A stretch of DNA of 64,000 nucleotides from Eledone cirrhosa (lineage: Eukaryota). The notes under the pieces are model-generated. The model saw only the letters and a program-made list of their open reading frames with translations. It was not told where the DNA came from and did not search any database. The stretch is taken from NCBI GenBank assembly GCA_964016885.1, contig OZ024743.1, positions 95,604,001-95,668,000 on the forward strand. The letters run 5' to 3'. Positions 37,261 through 50,685 of the stretch are shown one piece after another. Positions within the stretch are counted from its first letter, which is position 1. The number at the start of each line of letters is the position of its first letter. The translations under genes and the position numbers were made by a program.

Positions 37261-37829
37261 GTTTTATTTACTGTTAAAGCAAAGGAAATTAATACATTTC
37301 AATCTCATTTTCATTCTGTCTTCGTTCTTCATTGCTAATCCGCTCATCATAATTGCATTGAAAATATCTATTTTGCCATCAGGTTATTTATATGAAGTCA
37401 ACAGCAATGATTCGCTTATAGAATATCAACCCAATCAATATACATATATATTTTTTAATTCCAAATACTCGGATTCTATTTAGAATCTTCCCTACCAATT
37501 GCAGAGAATCAGGAATTCAAAAGTAATTTAGGAAAGTTCGATCTCTTCTCATCATTTACATATTTCCACAATTTATTAAATAAATCATTAAAAAAAACTA
37601 TACATATATTTATGAATAATCAAAAGTTGAGTAGAAACTGAATAGAAATAATTGTTTCAAATTTAGGCACAAGGCCAGCAATTTTACTGAGGGAGGACAA
37701 AATAAATCAATCAGTGAATTTCCCCACTACTTCCTTTTATTGATAACGGTTTATAATTTGACATAAGGTCAACTAATTGTGGTGAGGAAGATATATAGGT
37801 TATATTGACCAGAATACACATGTACTTAC

Positions 37830-37964
<135 letters not shown>

Positions 37965-38029
37965 GTTGTTGTTATACTTTGGGAGGGTCAAAATTCAAAA
38001 ACGAAGTACATATATATATATATATATAT

Positions 38030-38882
38030 AATATGTTGAAAAGGTAACACACTAGAGAGAGATAGTGTGCCATCAATAAAACAGGGAAAACCACCAGTGT
38101 GTGGAATCTATAATCTATGGAAGGCACGGTAGACACACAATAATTAAAAATATAAATTAAAATGTATATACGCACCTATATAACTATATAACACACACGT
38201 ACAAATCCAAAGAGATCTGTTTCGCCAGAAAGTTGTTGACTGAAATGGAATAGCCTATGGATCATCAGCGCATGCAAGACTATACATTCCAGACGACTCT
38301 AAGAGAATCTAAAGCAACCGTCCAGCTACACGCGGCAGAGAGATGTCACAGCGTGTTTAGGGCAGTGAACCAGTGGTATCTGAGGAACGAGCTGTATGAA
38401 AGGGCAGCCCCAAAACCACTCACAGAAGTGTGCTCAACGAAACAGAGACAGAGGAAAGACTGTTATAAGGAGCAAAATATCACGATAAATTAACGGAGCC
38501 ATAGAACCTCGCTATTCCTTGTCAATAATTTGCTCAAAAGAAAAGGAATCCTGAGCTCTTTAAAATACAATATGTTGAAAAGGTAACACACCAGAGAGAG
38601 ATAGTGTGCCATCAATAAAACAGGGAAAACCACCAGTATATGGAATCTATAATCTATGGAAGGCAGGGTAGACACACAATAATTAAAAATATGAATTAAA
38701 ATGTATATACGCACCTCTATAACTATATAACACACGCGTACAAATCCAAAGAGATCTGTTTCGCCAGGAAGTTGTTACCTTTTCAACATATTTCATTTTC
38801 CTGACGTTTGTACATTACCCTATCTACTATACATACACTTTTTGATGAGTTGTTAGTACACCTGAGCACTGTACACAATATT

Positions 38883-38927
<45 letters not shown>

Positions 38928-39019
38928 TGTATTTTAAAGAGCTCAGGATTCCTTTTCCTTTGAGAACATTATTGACAGGGAATAACGAGAGTCTATGGCT
39001 CCGTTAATTTATCGTGATA
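38030..39019 (-). repeat. Non-coding pLTR-like cassette with direct and inverted duplications
   Basis: 38030-38237 is repeated at 38569-38777; 38479-38572 is inverted at 38925-39019; 38774-38792 inverts the repeat start. CUGAUGA...GAAAC core on the minus strand at 38219-38268. Confidence 0.75.
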
Positions 39020-39022
39020 TAT

Positions 39023-40143
39023 ATCACTTGCGATCAGTCAGACTCTCAGCTGACGATTGTCCCGCACCACCTGCCTCATACGCTCAACGTTGACCTCAGT
39101 CCTGCTCGTTGAAAGGCTTCTGCTCCTGTGGTCGTCTTCCACGTTCCCACGTCCTTCTTTGAACCTTTTTTGCCACTCCAAAACCTATGAGCCTACCCTT
39201 GCTGCAGGAGACCGAGTGCTTCTGACGAGGTTCTACCCAGCCGGACCAGAAACTTCAGGTTGGCTCGTTTCTCTGTGCCATCGCTCGTTTGAAGAGCTGC
39301 TAACAAAACAATGTGACAATGTTACATCTTTCTTGGATATTACATAACATGTTGACACAACCCACTAGTCCTTACTCTATTCATAGCTCACACAGCACAC
39401 TAAAACCTGTTACTTTTCTGACACATCTCATATATATATATAATAGGGATTAGTGGGTTGTGTCAACATGTTACGTAATATCCAAGAAAGATGTAATCAT
39501 TGAGTGTTTTTCACATTGTTTTGTTAGCAGCTCTTCAAACGAGCGATGGCACAGAGAAACGAGCCAACCTGAAGTTTCTGGTCCTGGCTGGGTAGAACCT
39601 CGTCAGAAGCACTCGGTCTCCTGCAGCAAGGGTAGGCTCATAGGTTTTGGAGTAGCAAAAAAGGTTCAAAGAAGGACGTGGGAACGTGGAAGACGACCAC
39701 AGGAGCAAAAGCCCTTCAACGAGCAGGACTGAGGCCAACGTTGAGCGCATGAGGCAGGTGGTGCAGGAAAATCGACGGCTGAGAGTCTGACTGATCGCAA
39801 GTGAGCTTGGCATGAATCTCGACAGCGTTTGGAAGATTATTTTAGAAGATTTGGGTATGTGGAAGACCTGCGCGAAGGCAGTGCCGGAGCTGGTGAACGA
39901 TGACCAGGTGGTACTGTCCGTGCGGGTGTGTCAGGCCATACGCGAGCGTCTTGAAACCGACCCAGACATATTGGGGCGAGTCATTACCGATGATGGTAAT
40001 GGACGTTTTCCAGAAGTGGAGGCCATCAAGAGGGTCGTGACAAGGAAACTGGCTGCGGAGAATCCCCGTTGAATTCTACGACAGGTGCATGTAGTCGTGT
40101 CGGAGATGGGAGGTAAAATGTGTTAGACTTGAGGGGGACCAAT
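39023..40143. mobile_element. Mariner relic: internally deleted + strand copy (39445-40143) head-to-head with an inverted 5' copy bearing the TIR (39023-39431)
   Basis: KRFKEGRGNVEDDHRS..PST, ENRRLRV, IILEDLGMWKTCAKAVP, RVITDD, then C-terminal KCVRLEGD. TIR-like TATGAGATGTGTCAGAAAAGTAA on the minus strand. Confidence 0.85.
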
Positions 40144-40151
40144 TATGCACA

Positions 40152-40253
<102 letters not shown>

Positions 40254-40264
40254 TATATATATAC

Positions 40265-41745
40265 TCTTACTGTTTTACCTGTTCTAGTCATCCGGCTGAG
40301 ACCATGCTAGGCTACCGCCCTTGTTGCTACACATTTAACCTCCAGTGTGAGTTGGCTGGCCATTGGTGTAAGAGGAAGTTCATTGCTGCTGCTCTTGTGT
40401 TACATTCGTACCTTGATGTGGCCTCATTCGGGATCTTGGATAGCCGGGTTTCAAGATGTTTCTTGAAAACATCCACGTCCACACCATGCAGCTCTCTCAT
40501 ATTTCTTGGCAGCTTATTGAACCCCAGGCTATTGCAATATCTGCTCCTTATTATAGATCTGGAAGACGGGACCTTTGGCACCACACAGTGATGTCCTGTT
40601 CAGGGGTTGATCCAGCTCTCAATGCCAAAGTTTGGTACTAGTCCCTCCAGGATTTTCCATATGTATATCACTGCGTAGCACTCTTATCTTCGTTCCAAGG
40701 AGTAGAGGTTCAGTTCTTTTAGCCTCTCCCAGTAGCTCATCTCATTCATCGTGGCAATCCCCTTGGTGTAACTTCGCTGGATTGCTTCAAGCTCCGTGGT
40801 TAGGTTGATTCTATGGGGGTGACCACACCTGGGAGCAATAGTCCAGGTGGATTAGGACAAATGTCCTCCATAGTACTAACATGGTCTCTCGGTTTCTTAT
40901 CCGGGAGTTCCTCAAGATCGAGCCAGCGAGTCGTCTACACATTGTCGCCATCCTCATGATGTGTGAGGAAAAAGATGTATCATCGCCCATGTCTATCCCC
41001 ACGTCTCATATCGATTTCGACACGGAGATTTCGATCCCTCCTGGTCCGGTGTAGCTGTGTTGTATTGTGTTTGCAGCTCGGTATTGTAGGGCTTGAAATT
41101 TTCTAGCATTAAACTGCATGTTGTTGTCCTCAGCCCATTTGTATATGGCATCCAGATCTAGTTGTAAAAGGGCAGGATCAGCCGGGCTTTTGATTGCCTG
41201 TGCTACCTTTGTGTCATCAGCATAGCTAGTGAGGGATATTGTGTGTACTACAGAAGACGTGTCTGAGAGAGCCACGAACAACAGTAGTGGACCCATGACT
41301 GTGCCCTGGGTCACCCCACTTGTTATTGATGTTTCCTTTTAGAGGGCCCCATTGGCTGCAACTGTCTGGCTTCTGTCCTTTAAGAAAGCATCCAGCCAGC
41401 AACTCACCTACATTTCCAGTTATGCCGAGTCTGTGTAGTTTGTGACATATCATTCCGTGGTCGACCTTGTCACAGGCCTTCGCAGAGTCAAGATATATCA
41501 CGTCCATTTGTTAGCAGTCCAGCAGTTGTTTCAGTACCCAGTCATAGTGTTGTAACAGCTGTGTAATGCAGCTTCTTCCTGGGCGAAAGCCATGCTGCGT
41601 GCTAGTTAGACGATTCGTTCCATGACCTTACTGATATGTGACGCCAGGGAGACTGGCCTGTAATGTTTGGCTTCCGCTCTGCTTCCTCCCTTATGGATAG
41701 GGCATATTGTGCCGTCTTTTAGCTCTCTTGGTAGTTTACCGCTAG
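40265..41745 (-). mobile_element. CR1-group LINE 3' part (RT, frameshifted)
   Basis: YRPVSLASHISK, DVIYLDSAKACDKVDH, QGTVMGPLL, YADDTK, HLDYCSQVWSP. Confidence 0.85.
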
Positions 41746-42072
41746 ATGTGTTGCTCGCTGTCGTATTCTTGTGGGGTGTGTGAGATGGTCTTGAACTATA
41801 TTGTATGGGGAGTGTGGTTTGGCGTTCAGTGGCCGGTGAAATGACGACTTACCAGTAACCAGTAAATAGTGTTTGCTGAAATAAATCTTTGAACGAATCT
41901 CACTAGTCCGGCTTTCTGTCATTTTACTCAATAATAATTAACTCCATTTTCGCACCATCAACGTGATTCAACAAAGATGGATCGGTTGTATAACGTCGAG
42001 TGCTTTGCCTAATATTACATCATAGTTAACTATACGGAATGACCAGTTCTATCCAGTGGTGAACCACCAAAC

Positions 42073-42127
<55 letters not shown>

Positions 42128-42131
<4 letters not shown>

Positions 42132-42292
42132 GTTTGTATATGTATAATGAAGCCAAAACAATGCAGGTATAGAATAAAGAATGCAAATGCAAAAAATATT
42201 GTTGACAATTTAAATGTCCTTAATTTTCGAGATAATATCTCTTTTTCGGAGGGAAGTAAAGCTGTTAAACCAGTGTTCTAAATAGCTTGCCA
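42128..42292 (-). mobile_element. Solo 3' terminus (pLTR) of the Naiad-like PLE family
   Basis: Reverse complement matches 47526-47719 (TTGGCAAGCTATTTAGAAC...GAGATATTATCTCGAAAATTAAGGACATTTAAA...TTGTCAACAATAT); HHR core decayed; lies between TA runs. Confidence 0.8.
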
Positions 42293-42324
<32 letters not shown>

Positions 42325-42704
42325 CATACAGCATAATATCTGAATTATTCCTAACATGTTAGTCACTGACACATTTATAGAATTACCTTTCTCAAGCACA
42401 CATATCTTGTGTCATTATTTTGATATAAATAATGTTTATGCCAGAAATATATATGAAACTTTGGTTATTCGCATATTTCAAACGAGTATTATATGATGGA
42501 ATTTTATTTTCATATTCAGAGATAAAGACAACATTAAACAATTGATTCTTTATTATTTATTCGTCCAATACAGATGGTTGTTCTTTGATTTGTCTTTGAA
42601 TGGCTCATAAATACCTAGAAACTCCTGAATATATAAATAAATATGGAAATGAAGCTTTAATTTAATACTACATTCAGGCGTCATATATATTAATCACGTG
42701 AATG

Positions 42705-43030
42705 CAGCATGGCTGAATATTTAAGAAGTTTGCTTCACAATCATTAGGCACCGGGTTAGATTTCATTGTATAACATCTTGGGCAAGTGTCATGCACTATA
42801 GCTTCTGGTAGACCCATGACTTGCGAGTAAAACTGGGTAAACGGGAGCTGTTTGGAAGCCTGCCAGGTTCACTATCTGTAAGTCAAAGAGCGAGGCTTGT
42901 CACATACCTTATCACACTGAATTTAACTGAAAATTACGTGTCTATGGAAAACTGAGCCGCTGACACTAATTTCATGAGTAGGTTGTATAGTTGATCGGAA
43001 CAATCATCGCTGAAACTGATGAAGGTCCAT
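42705..43030 (+). mobile_element. Diverged tRNA/CORE-like SINE
   Basis: CATGGCTGAATATTTAAGAAGTTTGCTT...CTTGGGCAAGTGTC. Confidence 0.55.
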
Positions 43031-43704
43031 TCAATTGCTTCCTAGTTTATTCGCGCACAGACAAAAAATCTGGATATTACTGACAATATTAGGCATAAAT
43101 GAATATTTTCTTTCTGTATTTAATATGTTATATATGTATATAAAACAGGCAAAATATTTTACTTCAGCAATAAATAATACAAAGCACATTACTATATGAT
43201 AATCTATTGTATACATTAAAGCAGTAAACAAATTATCATGGTCGGTATTACTTTTATTATAAATGTTTAGTCAAAAGTATATAAAAATCGAAATCTCAGC
43301 TGTACCTAATATTTTCATACGGGTTAAATATTATGTTTCATTAGTTGTTCTTTTATACTGAAATAAATCTGATTTGATTTTTAGATTATCGCAACAGCAA
43401 TGTCAAATATTATTTCAGTCCTTTCTATGAGTATAGTCTAATGTTTAGCTATTTTGACTAGGTCTTAATGTCTTCCGCAGAGCAGAAGTTGAGCATTCAT
43501 GTTTAACAGGATTGTAAATATAAAGTTTATCGAAGTGTAAATTTCGATAAACTTTATATGAAGACATTTGCTTCATAGAAATAATCCTCGAGTATTTTGT
43601 TGGTACTGAAGACTAGTTTAGAAATGTTGGACAACTGTGACAATAAGTTTGACAAAATAAATATAAAAACAATATTTGAACCTTGAAGACTTCTATTGAT
43701 TCAT

Positions 43705-44043
43705 TTCTGGGTTCATATCCCGCCGAGGTTAACTTTGCCTTTCATCCTTACGGGCTTACGAGGTCGATAAAAATAAAGTACCAGTTATGTACTGGGTAAT
43801 TGCTGGCCTTGTGCCAAAAGTAGAAACAATTATTATTCAAGTATGTATAATGGTGGATTGGCAGTATCGGTAGAGAGTCGGACGCCATGATTTGACGCAT
43901 AGAGTTACGGCCATTTATGATCTGAGTTCAAATCCCGCCGAGGTTAACTTTGCCTTTCATCCTTACGGGGTCGATAAAATAAAGTACCAGTAATACACTG
44001 GATAATTGCTGGTCTTGTGCCAAAAGTAAAAACAATTATTATT
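43705..44043 (+). mobile_element. Two tandem SINEs (Meta-domain-like family; first is 5'-truncated)
   Basis: Units 43705-43835 and 43850-44043, both followed by ATTATTCAAGTAT. Confidence 0.85.
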
Positions 44044-45036
44044 CAAGTATATAATCAACTGATATGTTGTGTCATAACATGTCTCCGAATTGTCTTCTAT
44101 TTTCATGAAACAAAACAATATACCACCTTAAAAATATGAGATATACCAGGTTCTTATTTGTAATTACTTCTCTCGTCTTTACTAATTCAACAAATACAAT
44201 AAACATTTCTAATAGTGTTATGAGGTGATTCATAAATTTAGAGTGAAGTGGTTTCACTTTCTATTCCAAATGTTTCTATCGATTCTAGTCTTGTATTTTC
44301 TGTAACATTAATACGAATAAGAGGAATATATACACCCCTGCTTGTGTCAAAGAAAGAGTTAATCTATTGGCTTTCTCTCGCTTAAATGAATACCTTTCTC
44401 GTATTATTAAATAAAAGATAACATAATTTGTATTTAATTTAATTTTCAACTAACAGAAGAAAGCTTTTGGTTGTGCATTACTTGTTATAACAAGAACGAG
44501 TTCTTGGTGTGATTGACCACATCACTTCTACTTTCATTACGTTGTTAAACATGAATTAGTGATTTTAGCCATATTATTTATATAAATAAGTCTTTGACTC
44601 TTTACCATCTTTCTAACTTTTCATCAAAATAGATTCTATCAAGACTTTTAGTTTTAATACAACATAGTGAACAGTTGTTTCAACAGTCTGTAATATTTTC
44701 AGAGTTATTTTGACATTAGTTATGAGTTTTATATGTGGAAACTTACTCAATGTTGTAAACGTAGAAATCAGCTTTGAACATATTTAGTTCTGCAAAAAGG
44801 TTATAATATTTGTGATTGAACATAAATTATTTGGCAAGTCAAAGAGAACAACTATGAATTCATTGAGAGATTTGAAGTGTAGTTGCTTCACTGAACATTT
44901 AATCGTCATGACTAAAAATAAACATGTATATTGCATTCATTTTTAATGAAACCAGCCAATTTTGACCACACTAAATGACTATCTTAATTATGGCCCCACA
45001 TACCGTCGCATTCAGCTAGTTTTGGGGTTAACTGTT

Positions 45037-45092
<56 letters not shown>

Positions 45093-45169
45093 CTCCATCA
45101 AATTACCATAGCACTTAAGGAGAAATTATCTACCTACTAAAACTACAATACTATCTACTACAATTACTG

Positions 45170-45363
45170 CTAGGTGGATTGGCAGTATCGGTAGAGTGTC
45201 GGACGCTATGCTGTGAGGCATAGAGTTACCGCCCTTTATTATCTGAGTTCAAATCCCACCGAGGTTAACTTTGCCTTTCATCCTTACGGCGTCGATAAAA
45301 TAAAGTACCAGTAATGCACTGGGATAATACCTGGCCTTGTACTAAAAGTAGATACAATTATTA
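45170..45363 (+). mobile_element. tRNA-derived SINE (Meta-domain-like family)
   Basis: Same sequence as 36106 and 43850. Confidence 0.85.
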
Positions 45364-45364
45364 T

Positions 45365-47715
45365 AGATATGCCAACCGCGAGCTTGAAGAAAAACTCTCG
45401 AGGCTAAAACATTCCGTATTTAACATCTTACGGAAACAGAAGAAGATAGCCCCAAACCTCTCCAGGACACAACAACTTGCCCTGAAGAACCTACGGAATA
45501 GGGAACTTATATACTTACCATCCGACAAAGGTAAAGAGTTTTGCGTCATCTCTCAAGCCACATACAACAACCTAGCCTTTGAACACCTAAGCGACAATGA
45601 ATTATACACAGAGATCCCGGACATGACTGCAGCCCAGATCAAAACACAGACCAATTCCATTTGGTTCGATATCTGTAGGAGAAGACAACTCCCAAATAAA
45701 GTTAAGCTCAACTACACCACTAGAAATAGCAGACTGCCCACTTTCTACCACCTCATCAAGACCCACAAGAATAGTACTAAGACGCAAATAAGACCCATCG
45801 TCTCTAGCATAGAAGGACCCCTATACAAAATTTCCTGGCTCCTCTCCCAGGTCCTCAAGCCTCTACTTTCCACCTTTCCCGGGCATGTCAGTAGCTCCGA
45901 CGAAGTTATACGTAGACTACACCAACTCCAGCCAGAACAACTTAAACTAAATAAATACGCTTTTAGCCTCGACGTTGTCTCCCTCTACACTACAGTCCCC
46001 GCTCATCCAGCTGTCGATTTATTGACAGACTGCGTGGTCACAGAGGACATCCACTGCTACGGCCTCCACTCGACGGACATACACCAGCTTTTGTCCTTTA
46101 CAGTAGACAACACGTACTTCACCTTCCACCACCACACATACAGACAGACAACAGGATTACCCATGGGATCCAGCCTATCGGGCCTGCTGGCCATCACCTG
46201 CATGAACCAGCTAGAATGCCGAGCCCTCAACACCTGCCATTCCCATGCCTTCTTCACCCGATATGTAGATGACATACTCATCCTTACATCATCCCGTGAG
46301 GAGGCAGATCAAATATACACAACATTCTCCAGCATGGACGCCAGTATAAAGTTCAGCATGGAACACCCCGATGACCGCGGATCCCTATCCCTACTGGACT
46401 TCCAACTCAGGGTAACAGAGGAAGGCAACATCCACACCTGCTTCTATAAAAAAGCCGCCAGCAGGGACCTGTTCGTACATTTCAGATCGGCCCTCCCACT
46501 CGGTGCCAAGTTCTGATACATAAGGAACGAACTGGCACGTATCCGGAACAAATGCACCGACGCTAGAGATCGAGACACACACACCACACATTTCCTGGAA
46601 GTACTCAAACTGAACGGATACACGACATCCACCACAAACCGTGCCAGAAAGAACAGAGGACACCACACCCGAGGCACTAACACTTGCTTCCTGAAGCTCC
46701 CACACTTCAGTGAAGAAACAACAACAGCCATCCGCAGAGCTATCAGACGAGATGGACTAGATATCCAATTGGCCCACTCAGGTCCTTCTCTACGCGGACA
46801 GCTAACCAAAAGACACTCCACCAGACATGACAACTGCTGCAGACTAGCCAACTGCCCCATCAACGACACAGACCTATGCCACCAGGCTTACGTCGTATAC
46901 AGACTAGAGTGTGACAAATGCAACAACTTCTACGTAGGTAGCACCACCAGACCACTCCACATAAGAATAAAAGAACACCTCAATACTAACGCTTCCTCAT
47001 TTAAGAAACACCTAGTTAAATGCAAAAACACCGACAAAACCATAACAGTTAAGATAGAAACTAAGGAAAGAAACCTCGGCAATCTTAGAATTAAGGAAGC
47101 ACTAATTATAGATAAAACACAACCACCAATCAATAATAGACTAGAACTCAACACCCAATATATAACCTGATAGAGCTTCTAGCCCCATATTTACACCCCC
47201 CCACACACACGCACGCACACACACACACGCTTACACCTCCACTTATTCTCTCTCACACATAAACACACAAAACCAGTTCTAACACCAGATAACACCTATC
47301 CCCCCCATTTACGAATAGACTTATCTTCTCACACTCACACACACACACTTACATACTTACACCTTCATGCATTCTCCCACACACTTAAACAGGCATGTAT
47401 ATAAAAAAAAACAAAAAAAACAAACAAACCCCTTTTAAAGGGAGACTACTCTTTATCCACCTAATTTTAACTCTTTGACATTAGAGATAGAACAGATACT
47501 CTATACCATTTCCTGTCAGCATGACTTGGCAAGCTATTTAGAACGCTGGTTTGAGACATTTATTTCCCTCTGAAGAAGAGATATTATCTCGAAAATTAAG
47601 GACATTTAAATATATCTAAGGTAAAAGACGAATTGTCAACAATATCTTTTGCAATTGCATTCTTTTTTCTATGTCCATACCTGCATTGTTTTGGCTTTAT
47701 TATACATATTCAAAC

Positions 47716-47719
<4 letters not shown>
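45365..47719 (+). mobile_element. 5'-truncated Naiad-like Penelope element
   Basis: PSDKGKEFCVI (DKG motif), IKTHK, IRPIVS, SLDVVSLYT, GLPMGS, RYVDD, Cys linker CRLANC...LC, VVYRLECDKCNNFYVGSTTRPLHIRIKEH. One in-frame TGA at 46514; HHR at 47567; ends at a long (TA)n. Confidence 0.88.
47567..47601 (+). ncRNA. Minimal hammerhead-like motif
   Basis: CCU CUGAAGA a GAGAU-auu-AUCUC GAAA A UUA AGG. Stem III is reduced to palindromic AAUU. Confidence 0.65.
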
Positions 47720-47792
<73 letters not shown>

Positions 47793-47798
47793 ATGTAT

Positions 47799-47835
<37 letters not shown>

Positions 47836-47931
47836 CTATATCTGATCATATATATATATATATAATATATATATATATATGTATATACAGTATATATACA
47901 TATATATATATATATGTGTATATATATATAC

Positions 47932-47962
<31 letters not shown>

Positions 47963-47979
47963 TGTGTATATATATATAC

Positions 47980-48055
<76 letters not shown>

Positions 48056-48094
48056 ATATATATATATATATGTGTATATATATATATATATGTG

Positions 48095-48143
<49 letters not shown>

Positions 48144-48196
48144 GTGTATATATATATACATATATATATATATATACACATATATATATATATGTG

Positions 48197-48245
<49 letters not shown>

Positions 48246-48287
48246 GTGTATATATATATACATATATATATATGTATATATATATAC

Positions 48288-48338
<51 letters not shown>
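47719..48338. repeat. Long interrupted (TA)n microsatellite
   Basis: About 620 bp of TA with periodic TG/CA interruptions. Confidence 0.95.
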
Positions 48339-48343
<5 letters not shown>

Positions 48344-48546
48344 AAGGATACTATTTATGGTTATGTATATACTAAAACTTTTTATAGTTATATATATTTT
48401 AATCCCTAAACAGTGAAAGACAGTAATTTATTACTACCTTATTACCAGTAAGATAAATAGCTCAATGTAATAACATCAGTTGTTCTACAGAGCAGTTATA
48501 TAGAATTCACATGAATCAAATTTGAACAGAACTTTGATTCATGTGA

Positions 48547-48556
<10 letters not shown>
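48338..48556. repeat. Module X copy 2 plus a 24-bp-arm hairpin
   Basis: 48338-48500 matches 8863-9022. The hairpin TAGAATTCACATGAATCAAA-12nt-TTTGATTCATGTGAATTCTA matches 9248-9280. Confidence 0.8.
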
Positions 48557-48582
<26 letters not shown>

Positions 48583-50465
48583 TAAATTAGCGAGAATCGC
48601 ATTTCGGCTTGGGAATTAACGAAAAACAACTTCCGAGATGTGTGGCAAGCGCGCAATGATTCAGATGAATCAGAGCTACAACATACGTTAAAGGCCAAAC
48701 ACACTGAGACGATGGTTAAACAATCATCCGCACAGCCAAAGTAATTCGGGTCAAACAAATAAAAATATATGTGATTGAAAATTTACCCGGACCCCTGGAT
48801 GGTTGGTAAAATCCACCATTTGGGTTTCTGCGACTCCTAAATCAAGTACTGTCCGCTTACATAAATAATGTTAGGCTTCTGGTAAGATGATTGAACAAGG
48901 AAGCCACTTTTTCAACAGGTTTAGGGCTTGATACAGATATATGGCTGCGTATAGATATATTATTACATAGTTTTGAAACCTAACACTTGTCTATACCAAC
49001 GACAATGTTTCTAAAATTCTATTGTCTAGTAGTTTTGCTAGAAAGCGTTGCAGAAAATTGGCGAAAATTACTTTCAGCATTTAATGTAACCCTCCGTTTT
49101 GAATTAAAATACTCTTGAGATATAATATGCCCTTCATCTCTTCAAGGTTTTATTTGAATGAATTATCAAAAATATACTGATTTCAATTCAACTCTCCTGT
49201 ATCTCTGTACAAACAGAGAACCATCATCAATAGTCACTAGTAGTTGGCTACTTATTACAGGCTGTGTTCTATAATAAAATCTAATGTGAGAAATAATCTG
49301 ACGGTGAATGGAAGGTGTTGCAGGGTTTTGATCCTTTTGTTCACACTATTTCACTTGTTTTTCCTTGCTAATATCAGCAGAATTTTTCTTGTTTAATCGG
49401 AAATGAGTACAAAAACATCTCAGAGAATTGTAGGCCCTCCCAAGCTGATTGCGTCAATATAGCTAAAGTTCGACTAGAATCTCTGTATGTAGATGTACAA
49501 AACACGGGGATGAACTTATTTCAACGTGTAGCAGCTAGGAACTGGAGAATATCAGTGAGTGAAGATTCTCAATCAACTGAAAGATATTTGTTTTTATCCA
49601 GACTGGGGTATTTGTATTTGTAGCAACAGCACCATTGCAGAACAGTATTACTCCAATGTGGGTCTTACTGAGTTGTTTATATGGTCAGCAATTTATCAGA
49701 ACTGAAGTGTTTTGTTGTTTAAAAGAGGCAGCATGACGTATGGAATATAAAGTAACCGTGGAGAATTGACTGGCATTTGTATCGAATTTGACGTTTTGTG
49801 TGTTTCGTGAAGGAGGATAAGATACACGACTGTTTTATGTAGTGATCGTGCCTGTGTCCTCATTGACGGATACTTTTGTGGTTTTGTTTATGAAAGTAGT
49901 GTAACATTGGAGTCAGGTGTCTATCTTACTTTTGTATGAAACTTGCGTGAGGAACGTGAAGGAACAATAATATGTGAAGAGTAAGATCCATAACATAAAG
50001 TTGATATACACTAGAGTAGCTAAATGACACTTCCCTTTCCTCTCCTTTAAAGTATCTCGACATGGAAAGAAAATCAATATTTTTCAGTAAAATCGTGAAA
50101 GCTATGCATATTTTACCGTGCCACTAATGGATTGCGAAATTTCTATCAGCTGCTTTAAGTCCAGTTTAACACTTTCAAATAGGTATAAATATAGAATATA
50201 AAATACAATAAAACATTCAAGAGTTGGTTTCTTGTGTACAATTGAACAAACTATTTTGAAACAAACAAGGAAAGCACTAAAACAACATACTCATCCTTGC
50301 AAAGTCGCCCAGGTGGGTAACTCCGTAGAATCAATATTAATTAATGAATTTGATTATTTTGTAACTATCAATTTAACATCTAATCTGAGAAATCTCATTG
50401 CCCTTCAGGAGTGGATTTAGACTGTTTCGGATGCAATTAACCACATAACCTAAGTCAGATATAGT

Positions 50466-50685
50466 AGGCACATGGCTGAGTAGTTAGAGAATTGGATTCG
50501 CAATCATGAGGTTGTGAGTTCGATTCCTGGATCGGACGATGCATTATGTCCTTGGGCAAGACACTTTATTTCGCATTGCTCTTTCTACCTGAATTTGCGA
50601 CCGATAGATAGTACTAGCAATTGGAAATGCGAACGGAAACATTGTTTCTTCGGTCCGATTTAACGAAAGCCGATCGATCCTTTAT
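50466..50685 (+). mobile_element. tRNA-derived CORE-like SINE
   Basis: Homologous to 13330-13546; A/B boxes and GTCCTTGGGCAAGACACTTTA. Confidence 0.8.

Noticed and set aside
45314-45364. ATG start of the 400-aa RT ORF
   Set aside because: Lies within the upstream SINE tail.
47510-47560. ATGA...TGAG as a possible SECIS
   Set aside because: Spacing too short and the AA motif is misplaced.
47649-48416. Long YI/CV/HT-repeat ORFs here and at 21260-23887, 11519-11839, 37800-38047 and elsewhere
   Set aside because: Translations of (TA)n/(TG)n microsatellites, which lack stop codons.
49350-49750. Possible CR1 relic (VRPTLE.YCS), and a similar trace at 19900-20560
   Set aside because: Too decayed to delimit by eye.
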